A DNA stretch of 64,000 nucleotides, from the NCBI GenBank assembly GCA_051362555.1, contig CM120640.1, forward strand, positions 23,360,225 through 23,424,224. Reading direction: 5' to 3'. The notes beneath the pieces were generated by a model. It searched no databases and was not told where the DNA came from. It saw only the letters and a list, made by a program, of their open reading frames with translations. This document shows positions 1-35,200 of this stretch, piece by piece. The position numbers and the translations under genes were made by a program. The stretch's first letter is position 1, and each line of letters begins with the position of its first letter. This DNA is from Lingula anatina (Eukaryota; Animalia; Brachiopoda).

Positions 1-800
1 TCACATACTGTAGAAATATAAACCAAATGAGAAAACAATTTGAAAATATATGATGTATTTATTCAATCTCAGCTGTTAAAATGGCAATTAACACAGTACA
101 CCATCATTAGTACAATGATTGAGATATTTCACTTATATTTATAAAACAATTACAAAAAATGCAAACACTTAATAATCATTAAATATTATGACTAACAATA
201 AAATAACATAACTTAGCACTTTGTGCATATTTTTTTCAAAAATTGCAGCTGCGTGTTCTGATTTCACTCAAATAACAATAACAAGTTACAAAAAACCTTT
301 CACTTATCAGTATAAAAAGGGGAAATGCATATAATTTTTTTGATACATAAATAAACTGGCATATCCTAATTTTATCTAATAAATTGCAAAAATGAGCAAG
401 TTTTTCATATCATAATAGAAAATCTTGATTTCTGCCAATTCATTCTGATGATTGCAATCTTAATTTTACAAACTAGGGGTTGAAATGTGCATACTTTTCA
501 AAAAAAAAAAAAAAAAAGCATTTGAATTAGATTCAATCCACCTATTCTGCATCAGTGTTAAAATGTCAGCATCGCTGTAATTCATGTAGAATTTTTCTTG
601 CCTGAACTAATTGCACATTGGTCATTTCTGTCATGGTTGATGTACAGTATGTGTACAAACAGAACCCACTCGGGGATATCTACTAGTAGGGTCCCAAGTG
701 ATATTAAGCATTACTTCTTTTTACTGTGGACCCTCAGCTGTGAAGAACACATGCTCCAATGAGTCTGATAGCAGGCAATGGTCATCAAGTATAAACTTTC

Positions 801-968
801 CAGGCCCGTAGCCAGCAATTTCAAAAGGGGGGTTCTTTTTCTGAAAAAGTGGACCTTTTTCCATAAAAACTTCATGTACCTAGATCAAATTTTACCCAGA
901 GTGGACCTTTTCCCAGCAAAAGGGGTGGTTCTTTCGAACCCCCCAAACCCCCCCTGGCTACGGGCCTG
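801..968. mobile_element. 168-bp MITE (non-autonomous DNA transposon) downstream of the MYORG-like stop codon
   Basis: Perfect 15-bp TIRs CAGGCCCGTAGCCAG...CTGGCTACGGGCCTG, with a 5-bp direct repeat CTTTC on both flanks (796-800, 969-973). It also has an internal repeat AGTGGACCTTTT x2. Confidence 0.85.
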
Positions 969-1144
969 CTTTCTGAAATATTCTAATGTTATATAAAACA
1001 GTTTACTATGGCAGGGTAGATAGTACCATCTTCCCCATGTGCTAGTGGTGTCCAATAGCAGCAAGTGTAAGAGGGTGATCAAAGCAATTACTTAGATCTA
1101 GGCTTATTTTAATAAAAATTAGAATTTTTGATGTAGGTCACGTT

Positions 1145-4100
1145 TCAAGAAACCATTGTAAAATATGCAATCTGATTCAACTCTACAAGATAGTTTTTCA
1201 TCCACTTTGGACCTGTTATGGAATTTCTTTGAATTTCATCTCTCCAGATTCCCTTTGGAAAGTAGATGTCCCTGGTCTTTTTTGACTTTTCTAAAATTGG
1301 GGCAACAAGGAGGGTCTCCCCTACAAGAAACTCGGAGTCAATTGTCTGTGCAGTGTCATCTTCTGGAGCAATCCACCACAGGGGTTGGATAATTGGAGGG
1401 CATATTTGAGAACAATTCAAATCAAATAAATATGATCTGATTCTAGGTACAACGACAGTCTTATGCTTATTGATCATATCGTTAGCAATAATCACTGTCT
1501 CAGGATCCAACTCCCAAGGAGCAACAGAAAATTCCATCACGGGCATAAATGCTGCTACCTCCATCCACCTGATATACAATTCTTTATCCATAGTATTTAG
1601 GTCAGCATTTCCCCCAATAATCCCAGGGATTACAAAAGAATAACCCAATACAGATAAAGCTAGAGCTGTAGGAATGACACTTTTGAGGCCAAAGTTATAA
1701 CCCCAATTAGTTTGTCTTCCAAACATTTTTATAACAATTGGCAAATGCTGTGATCTAGAGGCAGCCTCCAGCTGTACTGGCATATTTAAGTCAGCCACCA
1801 TGTCTGCATACAGCTTTGTATAGAAATCAATATCACTCAAAGGATTCTCAAATGTTGGACTAGCAGGGAGCAATCCCTTGCCCCCAAAGGTAAAAGAGTC
1901 TATTCCATAGGTCTGTGCAAGGTCTCCCAGCTTCTGCTGAAACCATGCAGTAGCATCCCCATTTGTAGGGTCTAACACAGCAGCCACCTCATCATCATGG
2001 GAAAGGGTTAAGCCACTGACCTGGTTATTTGGGCCACGCACCCAGTAATTTTTGAAAACTCCTTCAACAAATGCTTTTGACTCCACATTCACAAATGGGT
2101 GGATCCACAAGGCCAACTTAAAGCCCATAGTTTTTAGTTGCCCAGATAGCATTGAGATGTTTGGGAATTTGGAGGTATCAAAAATCAAGTCCCCATGCAC
2201 TGCTTGCCAGTGGTCACTGATTTCTAAGTAGCTGCTATGAAAATCATTTTCTTTGATTTTTCTCGCAAAGTCAAGCACTTTATCCTGTTTAAGCTCACCC
2301 CTGTGTGTCATTGTCCACACAGGATTGTCAATCATGGGTTTGAGTATATTATAGTTATTATTGCTTCTTGGTGTGGGTAGTAGTGACTGCAGAGCAAACT
2401 CCTGCACCTTCCTTGCATTATGACCAACACATATTCTGTACCTGAGAAAATTTGTGTCTATTCTGGTTCTGTTGATTTCTGGAAATGGGGAATCTTGGAA
2501 ACGGCCATGGAGGCAAAGTTTGCTATCATTGTTTTGATTCAGACTAACATGCAAAGGGACATCATAGTCAACAACCAAAACAGCTCCTTGTGACTGTAAC
2601 AGGTAACGTTCTAATACCTGCCCAAAGCGATCCCCAAGTCTATTCCTTCCTGATAGGAAAGGAGAAAGTTTTATATGCTTTTTCTCTAGTGGCCACATCT
2701 GGGGGTCAAGTTCCCCCATACCATACCAATGGCCACTGTCTAAATTAAAGCAATCTTTAGGCTCATGGAGTGGATTCAGCCCTTCCCATGAAATATTGTA
2801 GCACTTGTTTCCTCTTAAAACTTCATATTTGATTTCTAGCCTTGCATAGTATTTCCACTTCAAACATAGTTCAGTGGTTTTATCTTCTTCTAAAGAACAT
2901 TTACTTGGCAGGGAATGGTATGGAATATTCAAACCAAGATTTCCCAAAAGAATGTCATCTCTTACATTGTCTTCATTTACATTGATCCGATCAATGTGTA
3001 AAACCCTAGTGTCTTCCTGAAAGCGAATTTTGCGGCCAATCTCAATAAGGTACTGTTGTTCATGATAAAAGTGGTAAATGAGGATGACTGCAATCACTAT
3101 AAATACAAACAGAATTCCCACAAATGCCTTGAGTTTATATTCACGCTTTTTTCTTGGTTTTGCTGACTTGGGCGACTCCTATAAAGTAAAAAGATAAAAA
3201 ACCTTTAAATTGTTTTAAAAGTCAAATCAAAGGAAGCAATATGTTGTCAAAATAAAGTTAGTCACAAAGTGTAGTAATCTTTATTTGTTGAATGGCTTCA
3301 AGTTCTACTGATATGTTTACAACATCTTTTTATGATAACTGGAAAAATCAAAACTATTATTTGATCAATCATAATTAAGTGCTGCAAATGGCGAAAAATG
3401 GCTATTTTTTTCAACTGAGCAGAAAAATAAAAACATGAATAAAAATCCAATCATTTTGATTGATAAGAATAGTGATATTGAAGTTGGATGGTGAGAAAAA
3501 GTAGGAAAAGAAATGAAACTGTCTTGACAACTTTAAATTCAATAGAACATTCCCCCTTTTTTCTTTATTTTGGAAAATACATTGTCAAATGGATCCATTT
3601 AGTTTTATCAATAAAAATAATTCATTATAAAACACTCTAAAACAATGCAGGTTTTCCTCAAAGAAAAAAATGCTTCCCCTCTTATGGATAATTTTTGCAT
3701 AGGTTTTAAAATATTTTTTGCAACTTTGTATGTGATGCTGGTGAAGGCTATCATTTACACACTGTGGCATTGCCCATTCACATTTATTCAAATGCATCCA
3801 CACTTCATACTAGAACAAAGCCAATTATTTATAGCTGTGGTTCAAATTTCATGGCCCTTTCAAGTGCAGTCATAAAACAAGTGTACACAGGGGTGGAGTG
3901 TAAATATAGCTAGTACTTCATCAACAAGCTCCACATATGCATCACCATGCAGATTTGTAATCAAAAACCAGTATGCCACAGGACTGGTGTCCAAACTGTT
4001 GCACCCTGCCTAATGATGGAAAGGTCACTTACAATAAATATTGGATAGCTACTAACAATTACTTTTTTTTCTGTAATGAACTTACTTGACTGGCAATTAT

Positions 4101-4498
4101 TGGCATAAGACAAATATCACCATTCTAAAATAATTCCTGCCGGACTTTTATTGCTATTTATCACTCCTATAATTTGGAAGACAATAGGGAACACAGTTTT
4201 TATTAATTTGGTTAAATGCGCAAAATGCAATTTATCATATTTCAATTATCACCTTTGTAGCTTTTATGTCTCCATTTGTGTCTTTGTTCTTTGCATCTCC
4301 TCCTGCATTGATACTTCCTAAAGTAGGGACGACTATGGTTATTCCCTCATTATCTACATCAGCTTGATTTTCACCATTAGCTGTCGGAGTTTCATTTTCT
4401 TCTTTACTTTCATTTTCTTTTTCAACCTCTTTCTCACTCTCATCATTTTCTTCTTCAATCAGATTGCTGCCAGAATCCTTCTTTTTTGTGGATAACAT
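1145..4498 (-). CDS. MYORG: MYORG/KIAA1161-like GH31 family type II membrane protein, about 759 aa, 2 coding exons (4498-4253, 3178-1145); catalytic Asp residues apparently lost
   Basis: Phase-0 GT-AG junction (ACA AAG|gtgata ... tttatag|GAG TCG). An acidic N-terminus and basic stretch precede a TM helix (GILFVFIVIAVILIY). GH31/MYORG motifs are HWYG, FGQVLERY, LWIHPF, LDPTN, ELYIRW, MEFSVAPW, PIIQPLWW and EFLVGETLLVAP. Confidence 0.85.
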
Positions 4499-5407
4499 GT
4501 TGAAAATTTCTTCTGGTCCTGGAATTTGAACTTAACACAGTACTTTAGATCTATGGATTAAGGCAAAACCTTAAAACAATTTTGGAATTGCAATGTTACC
4601 TCAACTTTGTGATATTAAACGTCACTTATGATAATAATTTTTGCGAGAAGTTTCACTCTTATGAGATATACATGTACTAGTGTTTGGATTTTGTTGGAAA
4701 TAATATTTTTAACTGGAACTCGGTGGCAGTATAAAACCAACATCTATACAAACCCACCATAGCGTACACCATTATCGATAGGAGGAAGAAATGTCGTTCC
4801 CCGGTTATTTTCCATTTTTAAGTCGACCTTTTTTTTTTCAAAGGAAAGTGCAGTTTATCTAAATAAAAACGCCCTTTGGGATCAAGCAAAAGTCAACTTA
4901 CTCTAGGAGGTTATCTGAGACACTCCGTGGGTTTTTAACTTCTGTTACTCAGGAAGGTTCCTTGTTACTGACTTCTGAGCTGACCTTGAACTTTGCTCAC
5001 TCTCCCCCCCCCAACTTCCCCCCTCTTGGACTTCAGTCGCATTCTTTTCACATCATATAACAGAAATATTAGCTGATCTTTCAGTTATCATGGTGTTTTT
5101 GTGTCTGTTGATTCAAATGGTGCTTTCGAATAAGAGTGTGAACGGGCCTAAGACTTCGTGTTTACCTTACAGTGTGTACACACTACCGGTGTGTACTGGT
5201 GTGTTCGGATGTTTCCGTCCTAAACTTTTGAGTTTAGAGCATGTAAGGAATTTAAATCAAAATAGCAATAATGTAGTATTTCATTTATCTTATTTAACAC
5301 ACTATTCATACCATCTTTATTAGGATCATTTTAAACATAAATTTATCATTCGGGTGTGTCCGTATGGTAATGAAGCACATGTCATTTCACAGCGGCGTGG
5401 AGTGAAA
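4499..5407. promoter_or_regulatory. Probable bidirectional promoter / 5'UTR region between MYORG-like (-) and ZFR (+)
   Basis: The two start codons are head-to-head about 900 bp apart, CpG density is locally raised, and a YY1-like AAAATGGCG overlaps the ZFR ATG. Confidence 0.5.
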
Positions 5408-17337
<11,930 letters not shown>

Positions 17338-20309
17338 GCAAGAGACAACAGCAGTGTGAATATTTTGCAGTGTCATAAAACAGACAGAGGGACTCATATT
17401 ATTGTAGCAGTGACCTTGTCACTTTTGTTGTTTCTTGTACTGTAATTTGTATGTGGTTTATTCCACATATCAGATAGAACTAACTTACAGTACAAACTTG
17501 TCCTCACAGCAGATGTTAGGAAGGAGAGCTTTAAAGATTTAAGCTTGTTATAAAGCTTAGGGAAACAATAGGTCTTGGGTTATTTGCAACAGTGTCCAAA
17601 GGACATTTAGTGGACTGGAGTAGTTTTACAAATGGCTGCATAATGTTGCATCTGTGAAAAAGACATTCTGCAGATGGGACTGCTTGCTTAAATGCGGTTG
17701 TTATTTGACAAGAACTTTTCTGGCTCAACTGTCATTTCATAAGACTGGTCTAGACTTTCCAGCTCGATTGCGATTACTAAAAACAGACCTGTATCACTTG
17801 TCGTTCAGTTTCTGTACTACACGACTGTCTGCACAACACTGTGCATGTTCTGTTTGTTACAGATCTAGTAGAATTTGAGTTAGTTTTGTTCTCTTTTTGA
17901 AGATTTAATCAAAAGTTGTAAAAAGTAAAAATAAGAACCAAAGTTGATTTCGAAGTCTTACCCACAGAGAGTCCTGTGTGACATCTGTTAAGTGCAAGGA
18001 TTGCACTTATTTTAATATTAGGGACTTTTTGATTACTTGCATTAAAAAACCTTTTCTGTTTAACAATAAAGGTGTTTGTGCATATTATTATTTTTTTTAG
18101 ATGGTTTGTCTGGTCAGTTTGCTTGTACTGGGAAATATGTCAAATGTATTTAATCATAGCTTTGAACAAAAGATCTGTTACAACTCTTGGAAAGTACCAA
18201 ACCCATATACACACACACATGAAGTGACATCAGGAGTAATGGAACAAGAAAGTTGCACTTCACATGAAAGGTACAGTCAACAAAACTCTATTGCAATGCT
18301 TTTATTAACTTTCAGGAAAATCAACATTAATAAATCTTACAATGTTGTCCACTTTATGCAAGAGCTCTAAGAAGTTGGAGTTCCTGAAAACCAATATCAA
18401 ACACGTCTTCTAGAAGGCAAGTTGTCTGCAGTGTTCCATTACATGCTAGGGCTGAGCTGGTCAAAAGCTGTGGTGTCTAATTTTAGATGTTGGATGTTAT
18501 TTCCCTAAACTAAAATGTCTGAATTCAGTAGATGTGGTTTCCCTCAAGGTGTGTTATACTATGCTGTTATATTGCTATAGATTAAGTTCTGTGTGCCAAA
18601 CAAGAGTATATGGAGGGGATGCATGTGTTACTGTGCCTAAATCTCTTTCACAAACCTGGAAAGCTTACTTGCATTTTGTGAGTTACCTTGGCTTTAGAAA
18701 ACATTTGGAATCTAATCTTTGCTAGGAAGGAGCAACTACAGCTGTTTCAGTGCAGAGCTACTTCAAGAACACAAAATATACCAGACAACAACTACACTGG
18801 ATTCGCATAGAATGCACTCACACCGTTTTACACTTTCAGTGATGCATTTTTTTCTTCAATAATCCATTTTCCTGCAGTTTTGTAATGCTGGCTATACAAC
18901 ATAGGGTTCTAATAAAACCTGCACTTAGAATGGATGCCCATGCATCTTGATTCCATGGGAATTGCAATGACCATGGGCAGCCCACAATCTGCAGCACTTG
19001 TGTTGAAGTAGACAGACATTTACTTATTCCAGCTTAAAAAAACTGTTTACCTTTTACTAGTTGTTTGAAACTTGCCTACTGACAGTTCTCAGCAAATTAA
19101 AAATGGTATCTTCAAGCTAGGTAACCTTTCAAAATCAAGCATGTCTGCCCTCCGAGATAAAATACTGGGGAAAATTAATCTAGGGATTATTTGTTTTTAG
19201 ACTTCAGTCATGTATTCCCTTTCTCAGTAGCAGGTAGTCTACCCATTTCACTACCTTCACGTCAAATTCACACTCATTTGTTTTAAAATAGATGAAAGTC
19301 TTATTAATCTCCTACCATCAGTCACCCTTGAGAACTACAAATTACTGATTAATATTACAACAGCAATTTAATAATTCAGATGGTAAACTGCTGCATTAAA
19401 TAATTAAACCCATCAAAAATATTCAATTTTATACTTCCCTTAAACCAAGAAAATATTTCTGTTGCAGTAAGTTTTTGCCTGCAATTTCTTTGATTTTGCC
19501 AGTGCCAATTGAACAAATAAAGGTATATTTCAATGACATCTAATGGTACTGCAAAGGCAGAACCCTTTTTCTGACACACTCGGCAATGTCTAGATGTAAT
19601 AAAAGATGTCTGGAGTACTTGATAAGCAGTACAATTTCACATTACAAAATTGCAAATAACTCTCTCAATAATTTTTCAATAATTCTTTGACCTTAATTAT
19701 AAGTATTGTTCTGAGCACCTCACTGTTGAAACAGTAAATGAAAACTGCAAATTTGTGTAGTAATCATAAGAGAAAAATATCTGGTCATCATTTGCTTCAT
19801 AACATCTGCTCTGTATGCCAACCTGATAGTCATCAATAACTTCCAAGGCCTCCAAACCAAAACAAGCTGAGCAAATGCTTTACATAAAATTGATTTCTGA
19901 ATATCTTTTATCGTTTTGATAATTGGGTATTGAGGAGGACCATTTCCTTCACAGGTCGACTAGGGCCTTGCTTCTTCAACCACCAACCCTTCACTTCACT
20001 CCATGACATTTGATTGCTGCTGTTCCTGCTGCTGCTGCTGCTCTCCTGGTAGCTACCAAAATCGGTGCCACACAAGTAGTTTACTCAGGTCTGTCAAACC
20101 ATTACTGGCAACCTCTGCTCCATGCAGCATTGAGTCCTGTGAGAGCTTCTGCTTCCTGCAAGGTCCCTTTTCCTTCTTGTCTCCCCTCTCCCACCCACGC
20201 TTTCAAGCGACCGGTCACTCCTGACTTCATCAATGGATGTTGAGATAACTCTGTAGAACATCTTCCGTTTTTATCTTATCCCATAGTGTTGGCTTCCCTC
20301 AGTGTAGAC

Positions 20310-30200
<9,891 letters not shown>

Positions 30201-30206
30201 ACAGTA

Positions 30207-31002
30207 TTTTAGCGCTGCATCAGATGGTGATCAGTGTAGGTTCAGTGCATTTTTATCAAAGATATTTTATTCAAAATTTCTCCACAGCAGTATGAACACA
30301 ATCATATATTAATCTGTGATATTATATTTTTTATTTGACTTGCTCAAGCTACACAGACCACATGCTCCAAAAAGGTCTAGTTAAATCAACTATAGGTATA
30401 TCAGAAAAATTTTCAAACTGATCAGAAAATTAAAATACTTATATCATCTGAAAGGTAATGCAAAAACCGGATGAAATCATTTGGAATTTTTTAAATATTC
30501 CTACAAGCAACAAAGATATTGAAGTTTTTTAACTGCAAAAATCCACCAAAAGTGTCCACACTTCTCAGCTCAAAACCTGTGCCCACTGACCAGCAGTGAC
30601 CACTCAGGCGCAGCAGAGCACCCTGTGTGTCTTTGTGTGCTCAGCCTATTGTCTGGCTCACATAGCCTGTGACTAATCAGGGCAGAGCTATTTCCCTGTG
30701 GTAATTTTCACATCATGTAATATTGCGGATTAAATTAACTATACTTCGCAACCTTCAAATTTCATGATTTTTCTACATAATATAGCAAATTTCATAAACT
30801 TTGCTGGATATAAATTTCAAAAAGATGATACCAGCACTTACCTGAAATTTTTTAGCATTTTGTAGAGGCAAAACTTAAAACAAGCAGAACCGAAACTTGT
30901 CAAAGACTGCAACATGGGAAAATCATGTGACCGGATTTTACTCTTTGATTTACAACTTATTTAGTTAATGGCTTGTATTAGTTTTTTTACGCAGCGCTAA
31001 AA
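30207..31002. mobile_element. Possible degenerate ~800-bp DNA transposon remnant
   Basis: 12-bp inverted ends TTTTAGCGCTGC / GCAGCGCTAAAA and an internal TATATCATCTGAAAGG motif of the kind seen in transposon subterminal regions. No ORF and no clear TSD. Confidence 0.35.
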
Positions 31003-31463
31003 GAGAGATTTAAAAAAGGGGTTCCATAGGCGAACTGTCAGCAGGCCGACTTCAGTTTAACACTTCACTGCCCGTGGACAGTTACGACTGTAGCGCCCCT
31101 AGCGGATTGTGATCTACCTATCAACTAACAATTAACACGTTAGCACCTCTAACTTTTAAGCGCTTAATCCTCTTTTTAATTATATACCTGATATACCTCT
31201 GAAAGGCGACAACTACAAATTCCCCACTATTTATTAGCAGTTATAGTGCCGTTCTTCCTGGCTGTAAATGGCCTAGATGTGTATTTTTCAGCATCATTGC
31301 AACTAGAAAAGATTAAGATCAGAAAAACCATTAATTGATATTAGATGAGAATGCTTAACTTCAAATTTAACTTTAAAAAAGTGTTTTATAACAACATTGG
31401 CAAAAAAGTGAACTAGGAGTTTCCTGCAGTGACACCAGTCTTTAGCTTTTTAGACATATGTAT

Positions 31464-31631
31464 CAGGGGCGGATCCAGAGATATTTTCTGACAGTCTTCC
31501 AAATTATCTTTGTTAATCCATCCTCCATTTTTGACCGTCTTCCGACAGAAAACCTTAGATACCCGTCAATGTAAACTTAAAAATCTGACCGTCTTCCGAA
31601 AGACCCAGAAGACGGCCTAAATCCGCCCCTG
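31464..31631. mobile_element. 168-bp MITE
   Basis: TIRs CAGGGGCGGAT...ATCCGCCCCTG, 5-bp TSD TGTAT (31459-31463, 31632-31636), and an internal GACMGTCTTCC repeat x3. Confidence 0.85.
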
Positions 31632-32206
31632 TGTATTACCATGTAGTCTAGATAAAGTTTACAAACTTATGAATCATATTTTAAGCCTTGGGCTCCTAGG
31701 GTGTTACTGTTAGAGTAGCAGTGGATGAGGTGCACATTAACTTTTAATTGTCAATGCTTCAAATCCAGAGTACCTTTATCTCTTATCCACCAATCTTGTA
31801 CACTCAAAAGACTGATTATATCCAGCAGGTTGAGACAGGCCTTGAGAATATCTTTTCACTGAATTCACTCAATGATTTTCATTACAGCATTACCTGGGTC
31901 ATTTGGTTCCACCAAGTCTCTCACTGACATAATGCAAGAAAATGTGAATGAAAGTGATTGATGCATAAAACTGGAACAAACTTATCACTAGTTTTTATTA
32001 TTTCAGATGTAAGCTGCCCTTCCCTGACTATAAAGCAAAATTAAAGAGTGATCTTCATGAACAAGTGCAAACACCTCTGCCACTTCCCTCTGTTTTGCCA
32101 GATAACTAGAAGACGCCTAGTAAATTTTATCAACCAATTTACCTATCTGACTGAAAGGCCATTTCAGATAAGTGCAAGTTCATTTACAAGGTGCATAACA
32201 CTTAAA

Positions 32207-35200
32207 ATGGCCCAGTTTTTTTACCCAAGTTCCCAGATCATGGCTCATAATAACACGAATCTTCACCAAATGAATAGTGGAAGTACATCGGACTTAATGT
32301 CACAGCTTGCCCAATTTAGTAACAGAAGCCTGCAGCAGATGAATTGTTTACCTCAGATCTCTTGGGGACAAGAAAGGCTGAACAACCAACTAGCAGCTGC
32401 CAGTACAATACTAAGACTTACCCCACAGACACCAAATACAGACACGTTCCAGGACATGCGATTTATGGGATTGATGAACTCTAACGTACAAGGAGATCAT
32501 AGATATGGTCAGCAAAGTCATGGGTCTTATAGGTCTTATCATAGTGACTCAAATGCCAGAAATGGTAGAAGGGGCGGAAGCTCTTCCATGGACTATAGAG
32601 TTTCAAGAAAACAGCAGTCAAATTGTGATCTTAATGAAACAACTCCACCCAAAACTCCCCCAAGACGTCATTCTTATCACCAGGAAACAAAAGGAAATAG
32701 TTTGCCAAGGTCATCTAAAGCATCTGACAGAAAAGGTGTAAAGTAAGTATTGAGTCTAATATTTGACTTCTAATTGACATTCGTATATATCTTTTCTAAC
32801 AACAACTTTATTTTGGTCTGTGCTGCAGCATATGACTTCACAAACACGAAATAACATTTTACTATTTACATTATTCTGTTTTATTTTGGTTTTAATTTCA
32901 AATCTTGAAATTAAATTTTGTTTTTCATGGACCCTATTTTTGATTTGTGTTACAAAATCATTATCTCAGTCTCAGTGATATACTAGAATAAAATTTTTCA
33001 TGTTAAGATACATTTCTTTTTAGGAGGCAGCTAGATATCAATCATGACAGTGATGAAAGGCCAAATGCTCAGAGTCGCGATGTACCAAAGAAGCGAACTA
33101 AATCTGGCCAATCACCGTCCACTGAAGATGACCAGTCAGCTGACTCCTGCATCAAACCTACCCCTCCACCAGGATACAAGTTTGATGAGGTATCAAATGG
33201 TCCATTTTGCTGGGAATTGGTTACCACTCTTTCATGTTAATCTTTAGCTGATTCTTTACACAGTCTGATTATTTATTATCTGACTGGCATTGTGATCATT
33301 ATAAACACGTCTGAGATTATTTTTACACAATAATGCAATAATGTCTTTACCCTTTGTAAATCATTTAATATATGTCCCAAATTAAAAGAAAAGAAAATGA
33401 AATATCCAAGAATCTCTACAATGTAACTAATTTCAGATGTCCCAGGTGATATGGAACTACTGTGTGAAGAAGAGACAAACTGAAGAGATTTTTAAGAGGA
33501 AGATGATGCTCAGGGATGCTCTGTATGCCATTCTAAAGGGTGTTTTTCCATGTAAGTAGAAGGGCCCCATAATAAATATATGGTATAGAGGGAGAAAAGG
33601 CATCTTGATGAAATTTTTTTAAAAAAGAGACATGGAAAATTCCAATCCAGCCATTTCTTCAGTATTGATATTGATGATGAATGACTTCTGTTATTTTCAG
33701 ATTGTGGTCTCTATGTGGTAGGTTCTTCCATGAATGGGTTTGGAAGCAATAACAGTGACATGGATATGTGTCTTATGCTAACCCATGGAGAGGTATGTCA
33801 ATGGAGTCAAATATTTTTTGTAGCATAAAATGATTGCAGCATCCTATTTGGCCTCCAACTGCTGTATATTGATTGATTTGTTTCAGTTTTAGATACTGAA
33901 TATGTGTTTAATTGTAGGTTTTGTACTATGTGATGTTTTTCATTTTATTTTAAAACTGATTCGGAATATTTCTTGATATTGTCACAGAAAGGCATTTATA
34001 TTGTTGTGAATTTCTAGGTTGATCAGAGGTTTGAGGCTCCCGAGGTTCTCCTCTTGGCACTAAAGGCGTTGAAAGAATGTGGTTAGTTATTCATTTCAGT
34101 ACTTGTGATGGACAGCTTGGAATGTCAAACAAAATTCTTATTCAACCATGTTATATTTCTTTTAGAGTTGCAAATTTCAGACAGTTCACTTTTCTCATAT
34201 AATTATATGAACAGTATTCCATCAGAAATTTCAAGCAGCATCTTGCCATTCCTCTTTATTTCATTTCCTTTCTTTCTGTCTTTCTTGTTTGTTTGTTTGT
34301 TTATTATGCAGTATTGGTTTGTTGAAGCCACTGCATTCATGCACTACTTCTTTCTTCAGATTTCATCAAAAATCCAATGTTAATTAAAGCCAAAGTGCCT
34401 ATTCTCAAGTTCAATGATAAAATCAGGTAAGTGATAATTCAACATCATGGTAAAAGGAAATGAACACTTAGGACATTATAATGGAGAAAAAGAAAAAGGT
34501 CAAAGTAATCACAGTTGCTCTTTATTTAAGATCTACTGCATAGGTGTTTAAGACACATTGGTGGCCATGTGATTTCTTGTACCATAGTATTGCTTGTAGT
34601 TTCATTTAAAACTTTTTTTTAGTGGTGTTGAAGTAGATCTCAATATCAACAATGCAGTAGGAATAAGAAACACACACCTTTTACATGCATATTCTAAAGG
34701 TAAGTTTTCAGTGAATATGTAATCCACATATTTATTAATTTTGAATGCGTACTTTCTTTAATTAAATCATTTTAAACAAAAAACTATTAATGAATGAGAA
34801 TATGTGGATTTCTGAGCCCTAGTATATAACCCATAAATTTCTAGGGAACAAAACTATTATGTGCACCTGATTTACCTTCAGACCAGGCATTGTGACACTC
34901 TAATTGTACCACCAGCGTAGGCGCTGGCGGTACACATGGTTTTAGTCCCGACCCGCATGTTCCGCCGGCTCCTCTGGCTCCGCCGCCATCTCACCGTTAC
35001 CGCTTCTCCTCCTAGACGGTAAGTGCCTCTGTACCCACCTCTTGGATTTAGGTCACCTATAATCTCAACTCGTTCCACGAAAAATTTGGGCTTTGTCGGT
35101 ATTGGGGTCTAGGTGTGGCACTCATTGCAATGCACCCTTGTTTGAACATGAGAATGCTAAAATCATTGAAACATCTGCTATGTTTCACTCTTTTAATTCC

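Noticed and set aside
778-1082. Short ORFs 778-996 (+) and 885-1082 (-)
   Set aside because: They overlap the MITE and have no protein-like features.
19960-20309. GC-richer stretch with (CTG)n after the UPF1 stop, considered as an alternative last exon, readthrough or 3'UTR intron
   Set aside because: Readthrough stops after 12 codons. The candidate 59-nt intron has poor splice signals, and no frame resembles UPF1, so it is treated as 3'UTR.
31091-31106. CTCF-like motif (CCGCTAGGGGCGCTA on the minus strand)
   Set aside because: It is one G short of the core consensus spacing and sits in repeat-like DNA, so it is not supportable.
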